Shown: positions 27,543-37,024 of the stretch, in pieces
Numbering within the stretch: the first letter of the stretch is position 1
Layout: the number at the start of each line of letters is the position of its first letter
Position numbers and translations under genes: made by a program
Notes under the pieces: model-generated
The model's input: only the letters and a program-made list of their open reading frames with translations
The model's database searches: none
Told to the model about the DNA's origin: nothing
Origin: an uncultured virus (IMG/VR IMGVR_UViG_3300014203_000013)
Taxonomy: Duplodnaviria; Heunggongvirae; Uroviricota; Caudoviricetes
Strand: one strand, 5' to 3'
Virus record (IMG/VR): IMGVR_UViG_3300014203_000013
Length of the DNA: 62,040 nucleotides

Positions 27543-28496
27543 TTATTCTCCAGCTATTGGACTAACGTAATAACGACGCCCGTTTTTAACATCAAATGTT
27601 GAAAATCCATCTTCCCAACATTCCTCTCGTTCGATATAATCAAAACTTTCACTAATTAACGTGTCGATTTGACGAATCTTTGCAAAGATAATAGCCTCCT
27701 TCGTACAAGGCTTTAGACTGCTTTCATCACATCCGAGAACGTGAAGGATACGGAACAGCCATTCCCTGTTGGGGGCCGTCTTAAGGGCCTTCCACGCCCC
27801 GAAAAGACGCATCTGCATCAGAGACTTGAAACCAAGAAGTCTTCCACTCTTTGTTTCTTCCGGAGCGCATTCATTCATGGCATAACAATCTATGCAAGGA
27901 AGGGTTGAAAAAAGACAAGAAGTCAATAGGACAAGTTCTTCATCCTTTTTAAGACCATATGCCAAACTAACGTTTTTCGCAAGCTTGAAAATACGGTTAG
28001 CATTTTGAACAGCACTACCTTGTTTCCCGTAATAAACACCAAGACCAGAAGGTGAATTACCTAACGCTTTGATAATGGAATTAGACAAAACAGATGAAAT
28101 AACAGTTTCAATACCGGATTTCAAATCTTCCGCGATGAGGTTTACCGACGCGATGTTGACATTGAATTCTTTCATCTCTTCCTCTATGTTTTCGACACAA
28201 GGCAAATAGTTCGCCATGTCCAACGGAGGATTCGTTGTTATGATTTTGTTGATGATATAAGACGGAGCTCCCTTATAGTCTTCAACGCTGATTGTGGTTT
28301 CTACGAAATCACCCTTCTTTACATTCTGATTATTTTCCCACTGTTTAGCGAAAACCGAACCGCTTTTATCCCTAAGCGCGAATTCTGTATAATCCTTCTT
28401 TGTTACTGTCTTCTTAATAGAAACTGCTGATACGAAGTATATCCCCGTGAATTGCGTTCCTGTTTGCTGTTGCGTCAATAATTTGTGTTCTGACAT
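27543..28496 (-). CDS. YhaM-like OB-fold protein with a degenerate HD domain
   Basis: KKDYTEFALRDKSGSVFAKQW OB-fold; YhaM-like layout (GRLLG, PCTKEAIIF) without the HD residues. Confidence 0.7.
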   Translation of the reverse strand: MSEHKLLTQQQTGTQFTGIYFVSAVSIKKTVTKKDYTEFALRDKSGSVFAKQWENNQNVKKGDFVETTISVEDYKGAPSYIINKIITTNPPLDMANYLPCVENIEEEMKEFNVNIASVNLIAEDLKSGIETVISSVLSNSIIKALGNSPSGLGVYYGKQGSAVQNANRIFKLAKNVSLAYGLKKDEELVLLTSCLFSTLPCIDCYAMNECAPEETKSGRLLGFKSLMQMRLFGAWKALKTAPNREWLFRILHVLGCDESSLKPCTKEAIIFAKIRQIDTLISESFDYIEREECWEDGFSTFDVKNGRRYYVSPIAGE

Positions 28497-28547
28497 TTTA
28501 TTCCCTTTCTGTTTTCTGTTTTACATCAGCCACTAATAGATTCTGGT

Positions 28548-30077
28548 TTAGAATCCTTCACCATGCTCTGATTCATCTTGTTCCAACACCGTAATTCCCT
28601 TTGCGGAATCCTTTTTCGGCGCTTCTTCATCAATGATAGAAGTAGAAAAATCTCCTGATTTTAGTGCTGCCGCCATTTCTTCTTCAAAGCGTTTCTTGAT
28701 TTCAGGGCTGATTTCTATTTCTTCCATCCTTCCGTTTCTTACGTGGTGCCTGAGTTTAAAGGAGAAACAAGCTCCATCACGATTTTTCTTAACGTCACAG
28801 AGAATAAATACATCACGGAGATATTCTAGTGTTTCAGGACTTCCATCACTTCTTATCGTTTTCGCATCCTTTCCGAGAAACGTAATAATGAAAAACGTAT
28901 TAGCATGGTGAATCTGTGCTTTTGAACCGTAAACGTCCAATTTGCTTGCCCTCTTGCCTTTGTTCTGTTTTTCTTCAACGACTGTCGCCGCCTGAGTGGG
29001 GACTACCACAGGGACTTGCAATTCCCTTGCCAATTCCTTACATTCTGCCGCGCACTTCTCTCTTTCATTATTTTCTCCGTATGCCGGTTGTACCGGTTTC
29101 ATGTTGGGTAAATGATCAATGAAGATAGCATGAATATCGATACCCTGTGCTTTGAGTTCATGTACTGCCCTCCTTATCAAGCTGACATCAGAAAATGCAG
29201 GCACTTCTTTTGTGAATAATTTTCCCTTACATTCCTTTGCGATTTTTTCTATGTGTATTTCCCAGTTTTTAAGGACTTCTTCCGGAACATCTTCTTTCCT
29301 TGCGAACTTAAAAGAGTGGTAATCGATCCCGGTAAATACGGAGTCAAACTTAGAATCAACTTGATCCTCATACTCTTCATTCGCGATATGAAGAACATTC
29401 TTGCCGGGATTGTTGAGGAGTAATCCATATTCCATCTGTTTTAAAATCGTAGATTTTCCCAATCCGGTTACGCCCGCAAGCAAAGTCATTTCTCCTGGGA
29501 AAAGACCTCCAGTCTGTAGGTCGAATGTGGCCAAGCCAGTTTTGAGCCCCCTATATTTTTCCGGATTATCTCTCTTGTCTCTGACCCTTGAAATTCGTTC
29601 TTTTATCGATGAAAAAAATTCCTTAGTCTTTTTAACATTCTGTTCAATCTGGATCGTAAAAGCTTTTTGTCTGAACAACTTAGCGGCATCGACAAAATGA
29701 CCACTTCCTATTAATTCAGCCACGGATTCTAAACAAGCATTAGTTTCTCTCCCGACCCACATCTCATGTAAAAGCCTGATAACAGAATTTATATTTTTCG
29801 TAGTCTTTGCATTCAAGATAAGATTCTTTTCACCCATGTAGGTAACATATTCGTTTCCGTGTTGGAGAGTGATAATGCTTTCAAGAACCTGTTCTGACAT
29901 TGCCGAGTTGTTCTGTATCAGTTCCTTATTTATTTCATTAAAAACAAATCTTCTAGCTTCGGAACTAAAATAATCTTCTTTAAGCTTTGTCGAATTTAGA
30001 AGACAACAAGATTCATCCGTCAAAAGAGTTTTAAGAACTATTCTTTCAAGTTCTACTCCACCGTCAAAAACACCCAT
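28548..30077 (-). CDS. dnaB: Replicative DNA helicase, DnaB family
   Basis: GLKTG...GGLFPGEMTLLAGVTGLGKS, ANEE, FIDHL, KELARELQVPVVVPTQ, KNRDG. Confidence 0.92.
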   Translation of the reverse strand: MGVFDGGVELERIVLKTLLTDESCCLLNSTKLKEDYFSSEARRFVFNEINKELIQNNSAMSEQVLESIITLQHGNEYVTYMGEKNLILNAKTTKNINSVIRLLHEMWVGRETNACLESVAELIGSGHFVDAAKLFRQKAFTIQIEQNVKKTKEFFSSIKERISRVRDKRDNPEKYRGLKTGLATFDLQTGGLFPGEMTLLAGVTGLGKSTILKQMEYGLLLNNPGKNVLHIANEEYEDQVDSKFDSVFTGIDYHSFKFARKEDVPEEVLKNWEIHIEKIAKECKGKLFTKEVPAFSDVSLIRRAVHELKAQGIDIHAIFIDHLPNMKPVQPAYGENNEREKCAAECKELARELQVPVVVPTQAATVVEEKQNKGKRASKLDVYGSKAQIHHANTFFIITFLGKDAKTIRSDGSPETLEYLRDVFILCDVKKNRDGACFSFKLRHHVRNGRMEEIEISPEIKKRFEEEMAAALKSGDFSTSIIDEEAPKKDSAKGITVLEQDESEHGEGF

Positions 30078-30601
30078 TACTTAATACCATCCTTATTATT
30101 TTGCAAAAGCAATTGCCAACGTATAACTGAAATAATCTGTTTGATATGTTCATCAAGAGAATTACTGATTATCATATTCGGACAGACTAGGCGCGTCTGA
30201 ATTTGAACGTCTTGGAATCGTTTATAATCTGGTTCAGAAGAAATAATAACCCTATCAATATCATTGTTAGCAAAACGTCTTTCCAGATGTTTCCCAAGTT
30301 CATACATACAGATAGGCTGGTCACTTTCGCCGCTCGCGAAATACATTGAAAAGATATCGGCGATATTCAACATTTCATATTCCCAAGCGATTTGTTCCTG
30401 TGCGGCATTCGGATCGTGAATGGGAAAATTTTCCCGTCTTGGATTAAAAACGACAACACGGTCTATATTGTCAAATTTACATTGAAGACCCGCGATGACT
30501 TCTTTCTGCCATTCCGTTGTCTTCTGAATCCCTCCTGCAAGAAAAATAGAAACATCTCCGTTTTTCTTTTCATATTGTTCTACTGCTGTTATGAGTCTCA
30601 T
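30077..30601 (-). CDS. Nucleoside 2-deoxyribosyltransferase-like protein
   Basis: IFLAGGI..WQ, FNPRR, QIAWE, PICMYELG. Confidence 0.85.
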   Translation of the reverse strand: MRLITAVEQYEKKNGDVSIFLAGGIQKTTEWQKEVIAGLQCKFDNIDRVVVFNPRRENFPIHDPNAAQEQIAWEYEMLNIADIFSMYFASGESDQPICMYELGKHLERRFANNDIDRVIISSEPDYKRFQDVQIQTRLVCPNMIISNSLDEHIKQIISVIRWQLLLQNNKDGIK

Positions 30602-30858
30602 TCTTTTGATTCCTTTAAAAGTTCTTCCGCGTTATCTTTCATGAATTGTGAAATTCCTATGAAACCTTCATCTTCAACCTTTTCCGAAAATCCCCTGAAT
30701 TTTACTCTGGCAGGGAACGCCCTTGAATCTCCAGATTCAGAAGCTTCAATGACAATCGCCCATCCAAAAATGTGAATCAAACGATTCACAAACCAAAGCA
30801 TTTTTGAATTTTTGAATTCTTCCCAACTTTTTTCTTCTACCATGTCGTTTTTAAACAT
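30598..30858 (-). CDS. Hypothetical phage protein
   Basis: ORF WEEFK..MLWFVNRLIHIFGWAI, ATGA overlap. Confidence 0.6.
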   Translation of the reverse strand: MFKNDMVEEKSWEEFKNSKMLWFVNRLIHIFGWAIVIEASESGDSRAFPARVKFRGFSEKVEDEGFIGISQFMKDNAEELLKESKE

Positions 30859-30885
30859 TAATGATTCCTTTATTCATAAACTTCC

Positions 30886-33651
30886 CTACATGAGTTTCTC
30901 TATTTCTTCCGGGTTCATCTTCAGAAGAACAGCTTCATCAGTTCCGTCTCCTAAAGTATCAGAAGTTATTTTGTCTTTTGAATATAAAGTGCTTCTGATC
31001 CGTTCTTCTATAGTATCTTTGCAAAGAAAATTCAACACTGTGACATTTCCCTTTCTTCCGATTCTATAACTCCGATCTTCTCTTTGTGACATAATGGCAG
31101 GTTGCCAACTCTGTGTAAGATTTAAAACAGTATCTCCCCCTATGAGGTTAAGTCCTGTTGACATCGCATCCGTACCTATAATTGCATCAACACTCATATC
31201 TTCGTTGAATATCTTCTGGTAATCAGTGCGGTTTTTTTTGTCTGTGTCTCCGTCAATCCTTAAGAATTTCAAATTCATTTCTTTCAGGATTTTATCAACA
31301 ATATCTAAGAGTCTTTTGAATTGAGTAAAGATGATTATCTTCTGTCCGTTATCTTTTATGAGTTCTTCCAAAACGTCACGAAAAACATCAATCTTCGTCG
31401 TTTTCTTACAATTCGGTTCAAGCATTTGCGGGAAGTTGATGAATTGCATACAACGGATAGCCCTCACCATAGCAGAACACGGTTGTCCATTCTGGTTATC
31501 GATGACACAAGGATGTTTTCCCGCTTTAATCATCTTATAAATTTTCATTTCTTCATCAGACAAAGAAATGACCTTGTTCTCATACAGCTTTTCCGGCAAA
31601 TCCTTAAGTACGTCTTTTTTTAATCTTCGAATAAAGAACGGAGCGATTTTTTCCTGTACTTCCAGAAGTTTCTTATACCCCTTTACTGTCCCGAAAATGT
31701 CCGTAACCATATGATCTTTAAAGAAACTTTCCCTTGATCCTAATACTCCAGGGCAGATGATATTCAAGACATTGAACAATTCTTCAAGTCTGCCGTCCAT
31801 CGGTGTCCCTGAAAGTCCTATTTTGATCCTTGCTTTGATATTCTTCAAAGCCTGATATCTTTTACTGCCGTTATGCTTTATGGCGTGTACCTCGTCCATA
31901 ATCACAAGATCCCAAACCCTATCTTTGATACTTTCCAAACGTTTCTGTTTTACGAGTTTGTGAAGCTTACGAAGCATTGCTTTTTCTCGTTCCTCTGCCG
32001 TCATTGATTTCTTGATTTTGATTTCACGCCCTGCCCCGAGGTCTTCCACTACCAGTTCATAATTAGCTATTTTAAAGAAAGCGCTGTCGTCAAGCCATTG
32101 TCTGATTCTGTCCTCTGGTTTCTTGCTGTCAATGACAATACTCTTTTCATCGCTGAATTTTTCTATTTCCAGAGGCCAATTGAATTTCAAGCTTGCGGGT
32201 GTAATGACAAGACAGTTTTTAATCTTACCCTGATTCTTCAATACTATCGCCGTCGCTATTCCCTGAATAGTGTTATGGGTGACGATACAGTGTTCTGTGA
32301 CATATAGATGATCAGGCGCGTCTACCGCGATACAAACGGTTTCTTGCTTCTCGGGCAGTTTTTCAATATTTGAAATGTAACGCGCTGGTAAGCATTTATT
32401 ACACTTGTCATATACTTCCTTTTTCCTCTTTAAACGGAAGAGTTCCATCTCAGGAGGAAGTTTGATATTTACCCGATAAGCCGTCCTTCCCTGTTTCTTT
32501 ACCCCCTTGTAAGTGTATGTCGGTGTTTTGGTACTGATTCTTGCTATCCCTCCCAATGTCTGTATGATTTCCGCGACATCATCGCAGAGGGTCTTGGAAA
32601 CGGTGCAGTACTCCGTAGAATAGTCTCCGGCACATCCATCGGTATCCATAAGGCCTTGCAACACCCCTAGCCTTACATCAACGCTATTGTACTTGTAACA
32701 GCTTGGTATAAACCTCTCCCAAGACCGTTTACCGTTAAGACCGAGTTCAACCAATTCCTTCTTGACCGCAATGTATCCGTCTTTGTGTATACATCCGTTT
32801 CCGATAAACACACCTAAAGTATAAGGGTCGATGCTCGTTTCTTTCGGGTTAAACCGTATGGGTTTGACAACAGGGATGCACCAAGAATTGTCTCCGTTAT
32901 CCTTTTTGTAGTAGGTGCTGAATTCATAAACTTTGTCGCTGTTGTGGCCCGTCCCATGTCTTGTGCTTTTCCCGTTTACATCCAACAACTGTTTGGTAGA
33001 TAGAACGACCCCGATATCCTTGTCTTTGTTTCGTTTTGAATTTTGAGAATTGGAACAGACATACCATAGATGGTCTGTATCCACAACGATTGAAAATCCG
33101 TCACTGAATGTTATTCTACAAACTTCCCTTAATCCCTGTGGATATACACCGATAACATTATGTTCTTCTCCGTCCCTTCCGACTACCTTATCACCTACTT
33201 TAAGATCCCCGATTCTAACCTTACCGGCTAGGCTAAATACTTGACTATCAACAGGCATCGCTTTGCCGAGACCCATAGAATCCCCAAAAAGCATCCCTTG
33301 TTGATTGGTAACGGCATAGAGGATACCCAGTTTCTGGAACGGGAACGGTGTGACTTTGAGACCAGGAATCCTGAAATTGATATTTTGATTTTTTTTAGTC
33401 AGATCTCGGATTTCCTTAAGCTTCTTTTCTTTTTCTGCCTGTTCTTCCAATGCCAAGGTGACAGAAGGGTCAATATCCGCATGAGGGAGGTTCTCAATCA
33501 GCCTTTCGAATGTGGCTATCGTAAAAGACATTTTCCATGTTTTAGAAGTTCCGTCCCAGAAACATCCTGCGGTCTGGCATCTTTCTTTGTCTTCGTAACT
33601 GTCCGTGACTGCAAGATTTCGGTCAAAAGGGTCTATTGTGATTCTCGACAT
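30886..33651 (-). CDS. SNF2-family helicase/ATPase with an intein
   Basis: FPFQ, DSMGLGK|T, PASLKFNW, DEVH, LSGTP, RRLK, IIFTQF, GLNL, QREDRSYRIG. Confidence 0.94.
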   Translation of the reverse strand: MSRITIDPFDRNLAVTDSYEDKERCQTAGCFWDGTSKTWKMSFTIATFERLIENLPHADIDPSVTLALEEQAEKEKKLKEIRDLTKKNQNINFRIPGLKVTPFPFQKLGILYAVTNQQGMLFGDSMGLGKAMPVDSQVFSLAGKVRIGDLKVGDKVVGRDGEEHNVIGVYPQGLREVCRITFSDGFSIVVDTDHLWYVCSNSQNSKRNKDKDIGVVLSTKQLLDVNGKSTRHGTGHNSDKVYEFSTYYKKDNGDNSWCIPVVKPIRFNPKETSIDPYTLGVFIGNGCIHKDGYIAVKKELVELGLNGKRSWERFIPSCYKYNSVDVRLGVLQGLMDTDGCAGDYSTEYCTVSKTLCDDVAEIIQTLGGIARISTKTPTYTYKGVKKQGRTAYRVNIKLPPEMELFRLKRKKEVYDKCNKCLPARYISNIEKLPEKQETVCIAVDAPDHLYVTEHCIVTHNTIQGIATAIVLKNQGKIKNCLVITPASLKFNWPLEIEKFSDEKSIVIDSKKPEDRIRQWLDDSAFFKIANYELVVEDLGAGREIKIKKSMTAEEREKAMLRKLHKLVKQKRLESIKDRVWDLVIMDEVHAIKHNGSKRYQALKNIKARIKIGLSGTPMDGRLEELFNVLNIICPGVLGSRESFFKDHMVTDIFGTVKGYKKLLEVQEKIAPFFIRRLKKDVLKDLPEKLYENKVISLSDEEMKIYKMIKAGKHPCVIDNQNGQPCSAMVRAIRCMQFINFPQMLEPNCKKTTKIDVFRDVLEELIKDNGQKIIIFTQFKRLLDIVDKILKEMNLKFLRIDGDTDKKNRTDYQKIFNEDMSVDAIIGTDAMSTGLNLIGGDTVLNLTQSWQPAIMSQREDRSYRIGRKGNVTVLNFLCKDTIEERIRSTLYSKDKITSDTLGDGTDEAVLLKMNPEEIEKLM
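32272..33261 (-). mobile_element. Class 3 intein (Ala1, WCT triplet; 330 aa) with a degenerate LAGLIDADG domain
   Basis: GK|AMPVDS; block B DHLW, block F VCIAV, block G THN|T. Confidence 0.9.
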
Positions 33652-33729
33652 ATTTTAAGACGGTTCCTTATATAAGTTTGTAAAAATAGGTTTTGATATA
33701 ATGTTTTTTTGTTTTGAGATACTAATAAT

Positions 33730-34443
33730 ATGGATTATCAAATCATATACAGCTATCCTTTCCAAATGACAGGGATCATAAACAGAACCTCGACGATGTA
33801 CGGTTTCCCGGGGAAACCAAGGAGATTATATAAAATGCCGAACAATAATTTTGAATTGAGCAAAGGGGACGACCGAATGATCCGAGTCTATATGAAGGAT
33901 GAAAACCTTGACATTCTTGATTTAAACGGTGCGGAAGCCAGATTTTATCTTTCCGAATCTTCGAAAAGCAGCACTTATGTCATACGTAAATCAACGAATT
34001 CATATAGTGAAGGAGTGATCCGTACCCCGGAACGAGGAGAAGTCATTTTCTTTCTTGGAGCTTCTGACACAAAGGACTTAGATCCGACACAATACTATTT
34101 TCAGATTGTTCTGATCCTTTCTAACGGACGACGCTACACTGCCTGTACAGGGTATATGAATCTTTATACCAACCTCGAATATTCAGTTGTCATCGAACCC
34201 AGTATCGAATCTCTAAATATCGTGGAAATACCGGAAGGTTCCGCTAGTTTGCGTCTGTCTCTTCAGCCGCAAGACGTTGTTTTCGCGACACTCTTGGCAC
34301 CTTCACAAACATCCGAAAATATCTGTATTTCCAATCTTGTCTATTCTGGTTCTGGAATTATTGATGTTTTCTTCACGGCGACGATACTAGAACCTGGTTG
34401 GAAACTTTCTTATTTTGTTTCTTCTCTTCCGGAAGAACCCTGA
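33730..34443 (+). CDS. BppU-N/DUF2479-like Ig-fold virion protein; the only clear plus-strand gene
   Basis: KGDDRMIRV...LDLNGAEARF...GEVIFFL...DT..L...YYFQI pattern. Confidence 0.65.
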   Translation: MDYQIIYSYPFQMTGIINRTSTMYGFPGKPRRLYKMPNNNFELSKGDDRMIRVYMKDENLDILDLNGAEARFYLSESSKSSTYVIRKSTNSYSEGVIRTPERGEVIFFLGASDTKDLDPTQYYFQIVLILSNGRRYTACTGYMNLYTNLEYSVVIEPSIESLNIVEIPEGSASLRLSLQPQDVVFATLLAPSQTSENICISNLVYSGSGIIDVFFTATILEPGWKLSYFVSSLPEEP

Positions 34444-34447
34444 TTAT

Positions 34448-37024
34448 TTAGGGTGTATTCGTAGATGAAGGATTGTTCGTATATGGATGTATAAGCTTAT
34501 CATAGGAATTCGTATACCAAACCGGTTGGTATTCTTCTGGTTTATATATGTTGTCCGGGTTCATGTGTTTCCAATTCCATTTAACCATTACCCAAAATTC
34601 AGGGTAAGCAGAATTATTTAGACTAGAAACTGTATATTCTTGCATAGAAATATAGTTATGAGTTTCTGTCACATAGTTACTTCCTTCTTCATCTTGGATT
34701 AATGTTTGATAATCATAATACCCGTCATGACTTTCTTCTATAGCGGAAACTGTTTGAAAATTATCAAATGGCAAGGATACGGAATCTATTCCAAAATCAA
34801 ATCTTATCAATTCCTTGGGATCAACCACATGTTTGACAAGGTTTAGTTTTATTTTACAGTAAGGAATATTGTCATAAATTTCATCTTTTTGTGTCTGATT
34901 CCTTATGAAACCTTCTGGAAAATCATGTTCACAGCAATCATATCCGGGAACGGTAAAATCAGACAGGGGTGTTGTGTCTCCCGTCGGAGTAAGGAAATAA
35001 TCTTCATAACGTGTGTATTTCTCAATTGGCACTCCAATCATATTATCTTCCAACCACGACAAATGATATTCCTGTGGAGCACACGTCGCCAATGGCTCTA
35101 TCACGCTTGTTTTAACCACTGCATATATCCATACTTCGCTGACATATCCATTCGTCAGCGCGAAAAGACTAGGATAACTAAGCATAAGACCAGTTATTTT
35201 TTCTCTACGACTTTCTATAGATCCTGAAAATTCAGAAGAACCTCCGCTACCTGAAGATACTTCTATTCTTCCGTCTTTACTGTATTCACTTGTATTTTCC
35301 CATTCCCAAGCAGATGTAGTTCCTTCCAAACTGACATTATCAGAAAAGAAACTACTAATAGTATTATTTGTATAAACCTGCGTAGAATCTTCAACTTGGG
35401 CATCAGCGAACCAGTCAGAAGAGTTTTCATAAGGAGCATTGGTGCCATCACTCATTATAGAGGAATATTCATAAAGTATTGTTTGATCATCTGAAATCTG
35501 GGAAGCTTCGTGTAACGTTGCGTTTAGTTTCTTCGCGACTTCCATCAGTTCTTGAAATGTGTTTGTCGTAATACGTGGGTTATATTTGATATTATACTCT
35601 GTATACCAGTTAGTGACGAAATAAGGTGGTTCATTCGTGAATTCGATATCATATGATAATGTGTTTGTAAGCTTTTCTAGACTCGGATAAATATAGCAGT
35701 TGCTGAACATTCCTAGACTTCCAGGAATCGTTGACCACCAATTTCCCTTTCCTTCAAAGACTTTTGAAACTTCAGAAGTGAGAACGGATTTGACTCTATC
35801 AGAACCCATATCCGGAATTTGAAAACAAATGATATTACTTATATCATTTGATTCCCAATATTCTACCCACATTTCAATTGGTGAAAGATTCGTAAAACTT
35901 GGGAAAGGGAAATCTCCAAAAACAGGCCTGTTTTGGGGTTCATTGTACCATAAATTTGGGTAAATAGGGTATTTCCCTGTTTGTGAATTTCGCAGCATTG
36001 TCTTTGAAGTCATAAATGTTACATGAGAAACAGATTCCGTATTAATTAAGGAATACACGTTTCCGTTAGTGGGTGAATCAAAAGGAAGGGGAGACGAAGA
36101 ATAGACCTCTGTGTTCGTGAAAGTCCATGAATGTTCCTTCCATCCGAAAACAGGAACAGCAGATTGAATAAATTCTTCTGGTTCTACCCAATCATAAACT
36201 GTCGTTAGGTTTCTGAAGGATTCAAACAACGTTATCATTCTTTCTTTTTCAATATGTGCGGAATCAAGATATTCTGCGTCTTGTGCCACCCAAAATAGAT
36301 TTGTAACCGATGTGACAATATTTGACACTTGATCCCAATGCGTCTCCGGATACAGGAAGTCTCCTGCCTTGAAATAAATCCTTTCATTAAAGACCTTACT
36401 ATAATGAGACATGTTTATCAGACTATGTTCTTTCGCCAGTCCCCAGTACGTAACATTGGTTTCAAGGATTGAAGGTTGCGCGTTTCCATATGGCCTAATG
36501 TGTATCGGGATAACAATTTCAGTTAGTCCAAATCCGGAAACGATGAGTCTATTCGTCTCTCCTTGGCTTGGAGGTAAATTCATGTTATTGAAAATTCTTA
36601 TATATGTACTCGGTTCTTCCACAAGACGATCCATAATGATTGTGTTCGTCCCGTTTATAAACGTAGCGAAAATACTGTCTGTTTCCGGTTCTATTTTCAG
36701 ATTTAAGTTAACATAATAATTCGTTTTGGTTATAATATTTGAAGTTGAATAGACACCGAACGTAATTCCTTGTGAATAGACTATTTCTTTCCAACCGTTA
36801 GATGTGGAAATATATTCTGTAGAATTTACTAAATTGGGGATAAAACGACGTTCTACGTATGCCGCTCTGGCATCCACGAAGTCTTCCCCCATAATGTTTC
36901 TGCTGTTCCTCGCCCACCACGGATATCCAAGAATCATGAAGGCAGACGTTATCAGAATAAGACCATAACGTCTTGGAAAAGTTTTTACAGGTATCGACTT
37001 TTGTTCTTTGGTAATTGTAGGCAT
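34448..37024 (-). CDS. Large acidic, Thr-Asn-rich putative virion/tail-associated protein
   Basis: 858 aa, end of the tail operon, N-terminal hydrophobic segment. Confidence 0.6.
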   Translation of the reverse strand: MPTITKEQKSIPVKTFPRRYGLILITSAFMILGYPWWARNSRNIMGEDFVDARAAYVERRFIPNLVNSTEYISTSNGWKEIVYSQGITFGVYSTSNIITKTNYYVNLNLKIEPETDSIFATFINGTNTIIMDRLVEEPSTYIRIFNNMNLPPSQGETNRLIVSGFGLTEIVIPIHIRPYGNAQPSILETNVTYWGLAKEHSLINMSHYSKVFNERIYFKAGDFLYPETHWDQVSNIVTSVTNLFWVAQDAEYLDSAHIEKERMITLFESFRNLTTVYDWVEPEEFIQSAVPVFGWKEHSWTFTNTEVYSSSPLPFDSPTNGNVYSLINTESVSHVTFMTSKTMLRNSQTGKYPIYPNLWYNEPQNRPVFGDFPFPSFTNLSPIEMWVEYWESNDISNIICFQIPDMGSDRVKSVLTSEVSKVFEGKGNWWSTIPGSLGMFSNCYIYPSLEKLTNTLSYDIEFTNEPPYFVTNWYTEYNIKYNPRITTNTFQELMEVAKKLNATLHEASQISDDQTILYEYSSIMSDGTNAPYENSSDWFADAQVEDSTQVYTNNTISSFFSDNVSLEGTTSAWEWENTSEYSKDGRIEVSSGSGGSSEFSGSIESRREKITGLMLSYPSLFALTNGYVSEVWIYAVVKTSVIEPLATCAPQEYHLSWLEDNMIGVPIEKYTRYEDYFLTPTGDTTPLSDFTVPGYDCCEHDFPEGFIRNQTQKDEIYDNIPYCKIKLNLVKHVVDPKELIRFDFGIDSVSLPFDNFQTVSAIEESHDGYYDYQTLIQDEEGSNYVTETHNYISMQEYTVSSLNNSAYPEFWVMVKWNWKHMNPDNIYKPEEYQPVWYTNSYDKLIHPYTNNPSSTNTP

